Origin: a virus | Taxonomy: Duplodnaviria; Caudoviricetes | Strand: one strand, 5' to 3' | IMG/VR virus record: IMGVR_UViG_3300036546_000248 | DNA length: 64,000 nucleotides | In this document: positions 64,000 through 64,000 of the stretch, piece by piece | Layout of the letters: each line of letters starts with the position of its first letter | Position numbering within the stretch: the stretch's first letter is position 1 | Notes under the pieces: generated by a model | What the model was told of the DNA's origin: nothing | Databases searched by the model: none | What the model saw: the letters and a program-made list of their open reading frames with translations, nothing else | Position numbers and translations under genes: made by a program

Positions 64000-64000
64000 C

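Noticed and set aside
1-64000. Stop-codon reassignment, CRISPR arrays, tRNAs, inteins or DGR-type repeats
   Set aside because: TAA, TGA and TAG all end plausible genes under the standard code. No direct-repeat array, tRNA cloverleaf, intein motif, reverse transcriptase or TR/VR pair was seen by eye.

Overview
A 64-kb segment of a phiKZ-like (nucleus-forming, Chimalliviridae-type) jumbo phage genome. The assignment rests on split beta/beta-prime RNAP subunits, phiKZ-like gene order, TATATTAC early-type and TATG late-type promoter motifs, and inner-head proteins with S-x-E cleavage sites. Layout: end of nrdB (1-0.8 kb); a tail-fibre/adhesin locus (0.9-15.5 kb) that contains an unexpected translationally coupled cassette of three membrane fatty-acid desaturases, a stand-alone condensation-like acyltransferase and a cupin; thyA, Nudix, tmk and small accessory genes (15.6-23.8 kb); virion structural genes with a Tad1 anti-Thoeris homologue inserted (23.8-41.8 kb); a PolB-like exonuclease gene split by an ORF-less group I intron (42.1-44.1 kb); a secreted-type thermonuclease, early accessory genes and a DarG-like macrodomain (44.2-48.7 kb); and the core block of virion RNAP subunit, free-standing tandem GIY-YIG endonuclease, SF2 helicase, non-virion RNAP subunits and a probable PicA C-terminus (49-64 kb). 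Non-coding observations include two candidate structured RNAs carrying SD/anti-SD sequences, a conserved bipartite leader on paralogous fibre genes, and a TATGCCG motif trailing most terminator hairpins. No tRNA, rRNA or CRISPR array was seen. phiKZ gp numbers come from recalled synteny, not database searches.
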